Shown one piece after another: positions 48,201 through 60,024 of a stretch of DNA of 64,000 nucleotides; position 1 is the stretch's first letter; the number at the start of each line of letters is the position of its first letter. The stretch is taken from positions 1,612,001 to 1,676,000 of the forward strand of contig AP026124.1 in NCBI GenBank assembly GCA_030295235.1, read 5' to 3'. Below the pieces are notes generated by a model that was not told the origin of the DNA, did no database searches, and saw nothing but the letters and a program-made list of their open reading frames with translations. Both the position numbers and the translations under genes were made by a program. The DNA is from Fistulifera solaris (taxonomy: Eukaryota).

Positions 48201-50646
48201 GATGCGCTTGGAAGTTCGAGAAGAAGTACGAAAAATGCGTGAAAAGTTCAAAGTTGTAGAATGGGGCCATTTCGTCAACACCCTCAAGGACCGCGGTTTG
48301 ACGAATATTGAAGACATAAGTGATGCCTTGCACTTTTTGACGAATACGGGTGAGCTCTCTTACTTTGGCTCTGTGATGACAACTAAAGCATTACCGTGCA
48401 GTACTGGGACAAGTCCACAACGCGATGAAGTTGATCGAAGTGATCAGGACGATGACAATTACGATGAGGATGCTTTACTGTCAATGGACGATACGAGTAT
48501 CACCGCTCCGATTACAGAGGACGGTTCTCTGACCACGATAGAAGATTACATGTCAAATGGTCTATCGCAGTTCGTCTTCTTGAATCCTAGATGGCTTGTT
48601 GCTGCTGTCGCTTGCATTCTTCGTCATGATCTTGATCGTGAAATCAAAGAAACACGACGCCAATTGATGTCAAAAGAGGAAGGTGGGTGGTTAAAGAACC
48701 CAAACTTCTATGAAGCACATCTGAATTGCCCCGTCATTACCGATGAGGACGCTTGTATGTTGTGGAAGGCGAAGCGAATAACCAAATTAGCTGCAAAGAA
48801 AGCAGAAGAATATTCCCATGACATGACAGTCACCCCATTTGAATTTCTCCAGCTTCTTCTGATCCGTTTCGGTGTATTTGTGCCCATCGACTTGACGATT
48901 GACAAGGCTTTGTTGGGCGGCAAGGAGTACTCTAGATGCTTTGATACACTATGTTCAGTTGATCGTGTCCTCGATACGACCCCTTTGGAAATTACAACGA
49001 CGACAGACCATGGCGATAGCCCAAAATCAAAATTCTTCTTCCTGCCGAGTCTACTCGGACCGTGCGAACCAGCAGATGCATGGACGTACAAGACAACCGA
49101 CTCGTGGAAGACCACTTTATGTCATTCTGTTCTTTTCCCCGATGGAATCCCTCCTGGTCTCATGGAACGACTTACTGCTAATGTTCTCAGCTCTATTTAT
49201 GCCGCCACAAGAAATACTGATTCAAGCTCAAAGGCAACGCTGACACAGCAAGGCGTGGCAACGTGCGAAGGACAAATGTCCGTGAAAGAGATTTTGTGCT
49301 GGCGCACGGCTTTCTACATTAAGCTCGGAACACTTATCACAACAAGTGACGGAGCGAAAACAGAAAGTGTTGTAGAAATCTTTACTCATCTTGCTGACAG
49401 GGATTCCCATCTCTGCGTCGGAGCGGATGACATGGCCGTCGGAATGCGTCGTCTAATAACAAGTGGAAGAGGTCAAGTTGGAGACGGTGGTCGAAAGATC
49501 TGGAAGGGAGGTTATTTGCTTGTTTGTAAATGCATTCAGCGGGTCATGGAAGCATATGGCGGTCTAGAATTTGAAAAACAAGGATTCTGTCCAGAATGTT
49601 TGGCGAAAAAGTCTATTGGAGAGGCTAGCTCGTGGGATCATACTGCAATAAGAGCTGCGGTACGTGATTCCGAGTCGACGCTTCGATGTCATCATGGCCA
49701 TCGCGTCGACACACGACTTGTTGCAGGACCTGTTGATTCTTTTCTAAAAACGGATCAGGACCTAATGGTTAAGACGGTCGATGCCGTCGATACAGTTGTC
49801 CCAGTGAAAGAAATATTAACAGCTGTTGTGGTAGTAGGTCTATGGGATGGGAAAACTCGAAAGGTTGTCAGAGTTGGGTCAGGATTCATTGTTGACAAAA
49901 AGCGAGGTTTGATTGTTACCGCTAGTCACACGCTAATAAACATTTGGGGTGATAAGAATTACCCATACGGCGAAAACTATTACGGTCTACCACAAGGTAA
50001 AGTCGTGATCGGTGTCATCCCAGACAAGGAGTCAGAGGGATGGAACGGAAAGGATCTCGCAGTTTTTCGCTACTTTGCCAAAATTGTGGCGAAAGACCCT
50101 CGTTTGGATCACGGTGAATGTCATTTGGATGCTTGTGTTCTTCGCATAACCACCCGCTTGGAGAATGATGTCGACGGCAATGGAGATGGATGTGGTGACC
50201 AACCCGAGATTCTTCTTTTGAATAACGACAAGGCGATGAAGAAGGAGCAGCTTCGATCTCTCAAAGTTACCGAAAAGTGCGAGATAGAAGAGCAAGTTCG
50301 AATCGTGGGGTATAATCAAGGAGGCAATGGTCTTTTGGGACCAGGAGAGAGTTTGAATAGGTGTGTCGACTTTGCTCGGGGTTATATATGCATGAAGTTT
50401 ACACACGACGATCTAGAGTCGGGAACAGTTAGTAATAGCGGGCGTCGAGACCGTTTCAAACCTAAAGAAGAAGTTGTAGTGATTTGCCCAACGATTGGAG
50501 GGCACAGTGGAGGCCCATGTGTGAACCAACAAGGTGAGGTTATTGGAATTCTAAGTAGAGCAGACCCAGCTGAAAGCCAGCGATGCTACATTTCTCCAGC
50601 GCATGAATGGAAGCACCTGGTAAAAGAAGCCAAAAACAAGATGTAA
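45203..50646 (+). CDS. ROCO protein: disordered N-terminus, LRRs, Roc GTPase, COR, Cys/His motif, C-terminal trypsin/HtrA-like serine protease
   Basis: LRRs (L.LSGNRLGTVP, L.LSHN.FTEFP, LDLGYNDLVSIP, IDVSSNPITEPP). Roc: KVIFVG|MAMAGKTS, RTIGVDI, VWDFAG|QHVYHATHELFFS. COR: AL.FL...GEL.YF, VFLNPRWL, FLPSLL, PPGLMERL, CWR. Protease: GSGF, TASH, LDAC, GGHSGGP. Introns about 45566-45650, 46339-46413, 47150-47219, 47448-47534; frameshifts about 46238 and 48018. Confidence 0.9.
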
Positions 50647-50806
50647 ATCAAGCCTACTTTAGATCATTACTTTTGTTCTAAGTCATTCCGTTGTGGGTCG
50701 TCACCCTCTCCTAGACGTTAGCTCGACACCAAAAAACAAAAATTAAGAGCCTCGTCTCCGTACATTTATACTCCGGTACGCCCTTTCTTGAAATGGCCAT
50801 TGACGA

Positions 50807-51773
50807 CTACTTGTCGTCAGTGTTGGGAAGCCAATTTCCAAACATACTCTCAAAGTCTGATTGTGCCTTGTCGGCTGCAGTATCAAAAAAACCTTTGTCG
50901 CTATTCCAATCGTATCCCGGAATAAATCGATTGGTGGTCCGCGGCGTTTTAGCATAATTCCTCGCCTTTCCATCACCCCATGGCTCGGGCGACACCTCCG
51001 AAAACAAGTCAAGCTTTGAATTCTGAAATTGGTACCGTTCCAGCAGTTCCTCGACTTCTGCTTGATTAGATCCTTCAACTCGCGCCACACGATTTCCTTG
51101 GTAGAACATATCAAATGTCGGCCACACATTGACTGCAGCCTGACCGAGAAGAATACTGGCATTTTCGTACTCCGCGAAGCATCTCAAAAACAGTGTCGCC
51201 GGATTGGCTCTAGCCAGACGCTCATACTCTGCTTCAGTCGCCTTACAATCGCTATTTACGGCGCTCGTAAACTTCACAACGGTTACAATACCATCAGGTC
51301 GCTCTGGAAGGGGCTGGGCTGCTAGTTTAACAATCTGACGAATGGAAATACTTAGTTCGTGACGGCAAGTAGTCGATGATTGATAAGAGACAAATTGTTC
51401 GTACCTCTTCCAGCTGCTCATAGGTACTACCGTGCCGAAAAGCCGACCTTGTGAGAATGGATGATCTATCTAATGATGTCCCCCAGAGAAGCATACTCAC
51501 TTGAATTCTTTCACCATGTATGAACCCGCACTCTCCCCATAATAATCCCCTCGAGCATCACCGATCCACCGTCTGCTTTCTACTCTGAAAGGTCGAAATT
51601 GCGTTTGTGGGCTAAACTCGATAATATTACACGTCACGTTAGAATGAGGCAACAAAAAGGATATCTGATATCGTGTTACTAATCGTGCAGACTTACGGAA
51701 CCGCGAAGCATTCGACAAGGGTCAAAGGAGCAAGCAAAACAATAACGGTGAACGTGATACGTCGACATCCCAT
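50807..51773 (-). CDS. Thioredoxin-fold protein lacking the canonical CxxC, plastid-targeted, multi-exon
   Basis: Leader ...VEC-FAVP; IVTVVKFTS..NSDCK..E.EYERLA, V.VWPTFDMFYQGNRVARVEG. GT-AG introns between 51330 and 51700. Confidence 0.65.
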
Positions 51774-52676
51774 TTTCCAGATTAAGAACTGGAGCCTAGC
51801 ACAAAAAAACAAGTAAGAAATAATGACGGTCGCGCGAAGGATTAGCTATCTTTTACGAGGACAGTCGTCGTTCTTCGTCCATCTGAATGCTTTTCTCGAG
51901 TTGATTACGTACAATTTTTTTGTTTTCCTTCCATGTGTACTATAATGTAAAGTCTTGACGAGTCGTGACTTAGTTTCAGTCCCGTAATATATGTCCACAA
52001 TTATACTCCGTAGCTATGAATAATTTGAAGGGCCACGCTACTCTTGTGACTAACTTCTGACAAGCTATAAAGAGAGTTTAATTTTATTGGACGACTCAAC
52101 TTGAAGGCAGTCCCGACACGTCAAACCAAATATTCGTAATTGAATAATTATTCACCAGCAAGATAAAACTTATTATTCAAAGGGAATAGCTTGCTTTTGA
52201 TAGAGATTAACGATGATTCGAAAGGATAACGATCTAGTTTCTATAGTCTAGAGACTAGAGGCCCATATAGAATACTATCGTCTTCACAAAGCATTCCTGT
52301 ATATTTTTACGAGGGATAAGGATCTTCTTGCAAAAACGACCGTTACTCTTGACAGGAAATTAACGACGCGCCAAATTTGTTGTCCGAGAAAAGTTTTATG
52401 TACACTTCCGCATACGGTAAATGCAAGCCAGCCAGATCTACTATTTACTAAGTAGTGGCCGGAAAAGACCCAATGAGTCGTGACTATGGGTCGTTTACAC
52501 TCATTCTTGTCAAGTGCGACACGAACGGTACGTGTTCGACTAAAGGGATTTAAGTACTGTGGTACCGGCGGGATTCAACGTGCGGTTATCTTTCATTTTT
52601 TATTCAACCTTGTCACAATTTCAAGAAAACAAACATCACAACCACAGTGGAATCAAGTTTCAGGTCAAATCAATCT

Positions 52677-54214
52677 ATGATGCCAGGAAATAAGCAATGG
52701 TGGCTTGTTGTTCTTGCGTTGGTAAGCGCAAAATGTTTTGCCAGAACAGTCGAAGTAACTGACCGAAAAGAAGCCACAGACCGAAGTGCAGCCTTGAGAC
52801 GAAGCCTCATGATCCACGACATGTACCATGATTTAAGTATGAGTTTGAGCATGAGTATGAGCATGGAACATGCTAAAGGAAAGAAGTCGAAGAAATCGAA
52901 AGGTAGTCCAACTAAGAGCAGCAAGGGAAAAGGTGCTCCTTCAAAGTCGGTGAAAGGCAAGGGTACAGAACCACCGATGGAGTCTTTGAAAGGCAAAGAA
53001 AAAGAGCCTTCTCCAGAGTCCACGAAAGGAAAGGGAAAAGGAACTCCTACAAAGTCTACAAATGGAAAGGGAAAAGGAAAAGGAAAAGGAAAAGGAACCG
53101 CTACAGAGTCTTCAGAAGGAAAGGGCGCAAGTTCTAAAAAATCAAAAGGAAAAGGAAAAGGAGCAGCTCCCACGCCAGACGGTAAGCAACCTTTTGTGGT
53201 ACGCACTGTCTGCTAGAAATATTCTGATTTTTGTTTATTTCCACAGTCGCTCCATCGCCGACAGCAAGCATTGCGCCCATTGCACCTTCGGCACCTTCGA
53301 CACCTTCAGCACCATCTGCCCCGTCTCCTTCGGTACCCCCGGCAACACCTCCTACTCCACCCACAGCGGGAGATATTGGAATCGTTCTCGAGCCTTACGA
53401 CGTCCTTTATACAATTGAGCAAACAAGAATTCCCAATCAGGCGGATTATCGAGGTGTGACAGAACTGACGCAAGCTTACCTTGATGGATTTTTTGCCGGG
53501 GTTCTTGAGCTTTCGACCGACATTATGTTCTCTTCCAGTACTACAACCAACACAGACAGAACATTCCGCCTTGGTCAACCTGTTAGGGTGGAATACAACA
53601 CTACGATCTTCTTGTCATCCCTATCCTCGGTGGTCCCTGGTGAGAATGAACTAAATGCACTACTTATGAGTGCTTTTCAGCAACAAAATGCCGAATACCT
53701 TGAAGCTGTCCAGGGCTTATCTCGAGTCAACATCTTTTCAACGACAACTACCGCTGAATTTGTCGAGTCAACCCGCACCGATGAAATCGAAAATGAGACC
53801 GATGGTTCCGACAGTTCTGACGGTGACTCATCGTCAGCTCCTGTCGGTATGATTTCCGCAGCGGCAGCTGGTGCAATCGTTCTATTCGCCACAGGATACG
53901 TTGCCTACCGCCGAAGCATTTCAGAGGACAAGCCGGCCGGCAAATTCTTTGACCAAGATGGCCATGTTACAGTGGCAGGTGAGACCTATACTGGAGACAC
54001 GTATACTGGGGCTTCATGCATGGATTCACACTCTGGAGCGGGAAATACACATTCTTATTCTCCCCGCAACTGGGACGAGACATCAGAATATATGCAGGAA
54101 GCCAGCTTACATGTATCGACCTTACAAGAGACTGCTTTTGAAGACATACCTGTTGACGACGATGATGATTACTCCGAAGAGACTTGTGAAAGTTACGACT
54201 ATGTGAACCCGTAG
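52677..54214 (+). CDS. Type I membrane cell-surface protein with RxL site, SMSM tract, Lys/Gly/Ser-rich region, Pro/Ser/Thr stalk, SEA-like domain and TM helix; intron 53182-53246
   Basis: Signal peptide, RRSL, SMSLSMSMSM, KGKKSKKSKG/KGKG repeats, APSAPS, globular domain LEPYDVLY...D...V.ELT..YLD.FF, TM ISAAAAGAIVLFATGYVAY. Confidence 0.75.
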
Positions 54215-54320
54215 AGCACGGCCCGCATCAATAATGTATTTAATATAGTTTATGTTCTACCCACTTAGCACACACACGTTTATTACAATGCTTTAAATTT
54301 TTCAGAATTTACGCTCGGCA

Positions 54321-55897
54321 CTAGAGTAGCGGTGTCGTATCTGTGAGCCTAGCCCTCAATAATTCTGGTGCCTCATCTATTGTCGGCGGCCAAGGCTTTC
54401 CTGCACAGACATGTTCGACTTCCGCGATGGTCCTGGGACAAAGCGTATAGTTGACACAACCGCGATCGGATACACATATTACGTCTTCGAGTCGTATGCC
54501 ACCAAATCCCCGATATTCATCAATTTTATTGGTATTAATATGGCCTTGCACGGGTGATCCGTTAGCTAGCGCTTCATCGAGTAGATGATCAATGAAGTAG
54601 CACCCCGGTTCGACCGTCAACGTCATACCCTCTTCAAGATAACGCGCTGTTCTCAGTGATTTAAGCCCGGGGAGCTGTATACGCTCCAGCTTTCCGGGTA
54701 AATAGCCGCCTACATCGTGAGTATCGATACCAATAAGATGTCCAAGTCCATGAGGCATAAACACTGCCCCCAGCCGCATTTCCACCAGCTCGTCCAGACA
54801 CTTATCATGCAATATTATCAATCCGATATTTGTGAGTGCTTGGATGATTGTTTTTCGGCTGCTCTGTGACAAGAAGCCCATGAAACACCTGGCTTGATCA
54901 TTCGGAATACTTCAATCTGCGCCTGCAAAACTGCTTCATAGATCTGCCGTTGCCTGATAGAAAACTTGCCATCCACTGGGAAGCTGCACGTCACATCACT
55001 ACCGTATCCAAAGTATTCGGCACCCATGTCAAACAAACAGATCTCACCATCTAAACTTTGTCTCGTATTCGGCTCACCGGCATGCCCGTAATGCAAGACA
55101 GCCGAATTAGGGCCGCAGCCGCAAATTGGAGTATATCCTACCAGACGACAGCCGTAATTATAATAGCTGTAGTGACGAAACAGCGACTCTGCTTGATACT
55201 CCATCATTCCGGGTTTCATGTTGCGCATCACGTACGCGTGTGCAAATGACGTGACTTCGGTTACATGTTGAATCAGAGACCGTTCTGCTGAGCTCTTCAC
55301 GACACGACACTCCGCTAGGATAGGAAACAACGTCTCGGTATCCAGAAGGCCTTTCAGCTTTTCACTTTCTTTTATATCTACTGGAAGCTCATACATCTTC
55401 CCCGAATCCGAATTTAAACCGTTCATGAGAAAGATCTTTGGAGTCTCTGTGCCATGAGCGTTATCATTTACCGGTAGTTGTGAACAAGCTTGAAATAGCG
55501 CTTCCTCAACATATTCAGCAAATTTGACATGATCAACACAATAAAGCGATTGCCAATCTTGAGGACTTCGAATACGACCCATGATTGTGGCATAAGAAGG
55601 AGGATACTTTGGGATATACAGGGTCGTTTCCCCAGTACGGATATCGAGCGACATGGAGCAATCTGGCTCCTTCACTCCCGAAAGATACCAGAAATATGAT
55701 TCTTGGCGAAAAATTGGCTCATGATCCGAGTCAAAACGAGTTTCGCTTGGTCCTCCTTTCAAATAAATGATCCCTCCTTGCACATTCGCGGCGCGCATCT
55801 TGTCAATGAGCTTTTTGCGATTCGCGACGAAGACTTCATTCACCGGCACCTGGTAGGTTTCGCGTCCCATGGAAAAGACTGAAAGTAAAGAAGCCAT
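54321..55897 (-). CDS. PEPD: Xaa-Pro dipeptidase (prolidase, M24B); frameshift near 54850
   Basis: FRQESYFWYLSGV.EPD, VLHYGHAG.PN, LFDMGAEY..YGSDVT, PHGLGHLIGIDTHDVGG, TVEPGCYF, GGIRLED. Confidence 0.93.
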
Positions 55898-56248
55898 GAT
55901 GGACTATTTGGCGGAAAGTTGTGTCGTTCTTGTAATCGAGGACAAGGACCATACCCAATGTTATGTTATCAAAATTGACACCTTTCCTTTTCCTGATCGT
56001 CGAAGTTTTAGGCCATTCGTGACTTGTGGGCGCAATGCGTGACCGAAATGTGAGTACCGCTCTCTGTTCAACCGTTGAACGATAAAATTTATTGCTGGTG
56101 CGACATATTTGAATTTGAAAACTTTTCATCGGAAAAAATTTGAAACTCAACGGTGCACCTCGTTCGTTCGCCCCAACAACTGCACGCCTTCTCTTTTGTG
56201 ATTTCCATCAAGCATGGACAAGCTATTAATGAAATAAATCGAATAACC

Positions 56249-58914
56249 ATGAATAATACTTGCCGACGGCGGATACTTGAATTACTATGGTGCCTCATCT
56301 TGCTGGTGTCGGCCAACGGTGAAACTCATCGACAACCCAATCGGCATCTGATAAAGTCAAGTGCTAAATCAAAACGTCAAGAATTAAACATTTTTGCGAG
56401 ACATAAAGGAAGCGAAAAGAGCAAGGGGAAAGCTTCTTCCAGTAAAAGTACCAAAGGGAAAAGAAATGGATCTTCTAAGAAAAGCGACAGTGGAAAGGGA
56501 AAAGGAAGCTCCAGTAAAAGTCATGAATCAAAAGGCAAGGGAAAGGGATCAAAGCGGACGGCCACTCCAACAATCCACGATATTGAATTCCCCACACTAT
56601 CTCCAGTCGTTCATTCTTCCTCGTCGAAAAAGTCAAAAGGAAAGAAGTATAGCAAAAAGGGAGCGAGGACCGTACCGTCCGTCCCACACCAAAATTAGAT
56701 GACATGCCAACTGTGGCACCTAGCAAATCACCAACTAGGGTATCAACCAGTAGTCCCACACGCTCTCCCGTTACTGGCTCGATTCTTTTGCCCACCAACT
56801 CGCCATCAATGAATACAGCCGAATCTCCAACGTCTACACCAGCTTTCACTCCTACTTTACCACCTGACGCCGGCCGCACCTCGGCACCGACTCAATCAGC
56901 CAACAACCCAACAGCGGCACCAACAGAATCGAATGGTAACCCCACAGTGGCACCAACAGAAGCAAATAATACCCCAACATTGGCACCAACAGAATCGATC
57001 GACACCCCAACAGTGGCACCAACTTCTTCAGCAACTGAAACGTTAGCTCCAACTGCACCATTGGATGAAACAGCAACTCCAACATTATCAGCGTTTCCAA
57101 CTGGTACAACTTTTCCAACCGGAACTGCTTTTCCGGTGACGTCAACACCAGGTCCATCGTCTTCGTCGACCTCAGAAACGAGTGAACCACTGGTCACGAC
57201 ACCTCCAACTAGTGCATCTACTTCCGAGCCTGTCGTAACTACAGCTCCAACTAGTGCAACTCCTTCCGAGCCTGCCGTCACCACAGCTCCTACTAATGAA
57301 GGTACCTCCGAGCCTGCAACTACAACGGCTCCAACTAGTGAAACTACTTCCGAGCCTGCAATAACAACGGCTCCAACCAGTGCAACAACGTCCGAGCCTG
57401 CCGTCACGACTGCTCCTACTAGCAGTGCTGCTACTGATGAGCCTGTCGAAACAACAGCGCCTACAAGTGCCACTACACCTGATCCTTCCGTCACGACTGC
57501 TCCTACTAGCAGTGCTGCTACTGATGAGCCTGTCGAAACAACAGCGCCTACAAGTGCCACTACACCTGATCCTTCCGTCACGACTGCACCTACTAGCAGT
57601 GCTGCTACTGACGAGCCCGCCGCTACACCAGTCCCTACTAGTGCCAGAACGCCGGATCCTTCCGTCACGACAGCTCCCAGTACTTCAGATACAGATGATC
57701 CTTCTGAAACGACAGTTCCGAGCAGTGCGTCATTAGATCCGTCAGTCACGACAGCACCTAGCAGTTTAGCTACTGGTACAAGTGACCCTGCCGTCACGAC
57801 AGTTCCTACAAGTGCCAATTCTCCGGATCCGGCCGTCACGACTGCTCCGTCTAGTGCGACTACATCTGATCCTGCCGTCACGACAGCTCCGTCTAGTGCG
57901 ACTTCGTCAGAGCCTGCCGTTACAACAGTTCCTACTAGTGCAACTACATCTGAGCCTGCAACTACAACAGCACCCAGTAGTTCAGATACGAGTGAACCTG
58001 TCGTCACAACGGCTCCCAGCAGTCTTGGTACAGACGAACCGGCCGACACAATAGCGCCAACCCCCCAAACCGGATCAGCTGCGCCAGCACCAACTCCTTC
58101 GCTGGCTCCGACACCAGAAAATTCAGTCAACTCGTCTGGTACCGAATTAACACCATTTGCAATAGTATACAATACGAGCAATACGGCACAACCAACCGAG
58201 GAGGACTTCGCAGAAGTAGAAAATCTCACCCTGGCGTACATCGATGAATTCCTGACCCAAGCATACGGTTATGTCGATGGTGTCGAATACTCCGACATTG
58301 AGGGAAGTGCGACAGGTCAAGCGTTTCAGCCAAATCGTATAGGGTTTGAAACCCGCATTATCTTCGATGATACGTCGGAAACCATTCCATCACAAGAGGA
58401 CCTGGACGCGATTCTTGTTGTTGCATTTGAACCACCGCAAGTAGATATGTTCATCTCGATGTTGAACAATGAGCTAAGTCCCACAAATCCCATGTCAACA
58501 ACTACTTCGGTCGTCTACACTGCAGTTCGACCAGAGACTGACGACTCACAAGAAGGCCAACGAATGGTTATCGTCGTGATGTTCACCGGTGTATGCGTCC
58601 TTTCCATAGTTTTGGGAGTGTATGTCACGGAGAAGCAACGCAATAATCACATTCAAAACAAAAAGAAAAGGAAACATCCCCTTGTCGACGAAATTACAGT
58701 GCTCCTGGACGAAAGTTCGCGCGGCTCGTCTTCACGCATTTCTCGTTCACGTGTTGCCTCGCCATACCTTGAAGATGATCGGTTAGTCGAGATCGAATTC
58801 TCCGGGGATGTAGAAGCATTAGACCCTCTTTGTTCAGATCCTTTCTCACTCTCGTGGCTTGACTCTTATTCCCTGTCAACGGCGAAATCAAGAAGACAAG
58901 CCACAGACCAATGA
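56249..58914 (+). CDS. Type I membrane mucin-like protein, paralogous to 52677-54214, with K/S/G-rich N-terminus, long TTAPTS repeat stalk, SEA-like domain and TM helix; frameshift near 56685
   Basis: Signal peptide, RHL, KSKGK/SSKKS repeats, about 20 EPAVTTAPTS-type repeats, domain LTPFAIVY...P..EDF..V..LT..YIDEFL, TM VIVVMFTGVCVLSIVLGVYV. Confidence 0.78.
57401..57615 (+). repeat. Near-exact 87-bp coding tandem repeat (29 aa), about 2.4 copies
   Basis: Units begin at 57401, 57488 and 57575 (VTTAPTSSAATDEPVETTAPTSATTPDPS). Confidence 0.9.
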
Positions 58915-60024
58915 TCCGAATTTTCAGAAGGAACGTGTAATGATACTGTTTGTTATTTATAGAGCATAATGCATGGTTCATGCTACATCTGTCGAGCGCG
59001 TCAAGCGCTTTGCATGTAAATGATCGTTCTTGGCAGTATATCAAGTAGTGCATGATATGAGGATTGTTGAGGTCTGCGGCGCCAAATTATGTTGTTGTTT
59101 CCTTAATCGATCCCGTTGTTCATAGTACATACGGAGTAGAAAAAATTCAACACTCTCTCGTAGAAGACTGTCTGAATGCATAGGTATAAATAGTTTTCGG
59201 AGCGAAAAGGCCCTCTCTAGTCTTCATACTATACTCGCAATAGACATCAGTCAATTGCCCTAGAATAATGCCTCATATTTAGCAGCAAGCAACCGACAGC
59301 ATGCGTTTTTTACGTCCTTTCCGCGAAGCAATACGTTTTACAATATGGATGATAGTATTCTTCAAAGAGATGACAAGAGTCAAGAGATATCATTTCATAA
59401 AGTCGATTATAGATAGCTATGAATGTGGGTGCAAAAATGCGCCGATTTTTCATGGGCTTTTACGCGGGGTTGAGATAATTATTTGTAGCCATACCAGGTA
59501 AGGACGAAGCGGTACTTGAAGTCGCAGAGGGTTTAACAAATGTCGCAGGTGGAAGCACGGACAGACTGAACCCATGTAATTGATCGTGACTGAATGTTAT
59601 GCACTTTTCCCGGGACACACTTTTATTTGTTTTGCACTATAGGTCGTTATCTAAGATTGTGGTTCCAACGGAAAATAACCCTGTACATAATAGATTAGTC
59701 TAAATTTATGGCTATAAAATTATTTTGTAGTAGTATGAGTACCAGATGCAGTCATTATTCGCTTAAATGACCCAAACGTCAAGAGCGTTGTACTATTTGT
59801 CACCGTCACAGACAAATTTGTGTAGTCGATGTACTCAGGAGATCCGTCCATCCATCCGTTGTACTGAATCTCGTCTCCTCGCTCCTCCATCGTCCATCGT
59901 GAGTTTGGCCTTGGCCTTTGACGAAGTACGAACCGTACGAAGGCGCAAGGCGCAAACAGCAAACCGCAATTACACATCATCGTCATTCACCACAAAGGTC
60001 ACAAAGCCTGTTCGCATAGCTACC

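Noticed and set aside
52670..53206. Minus-strand ORF with FPFPFP repeats
   Set aside because: Antisense of the KGKGKG-coding region.
57170..58060. Regularly spaced repeats as a possible CRISPR array
   Set aside because: In-frame coding repeats with no unique spacers, no cas genes, and a eukaryotic context.
56892..58241. 449-aa minus-strand ORF (GAVVTAGS repeats)
   Set aside because: Antisense shadow of the Thr/Pro/Ser repeat gene on the plus strand.
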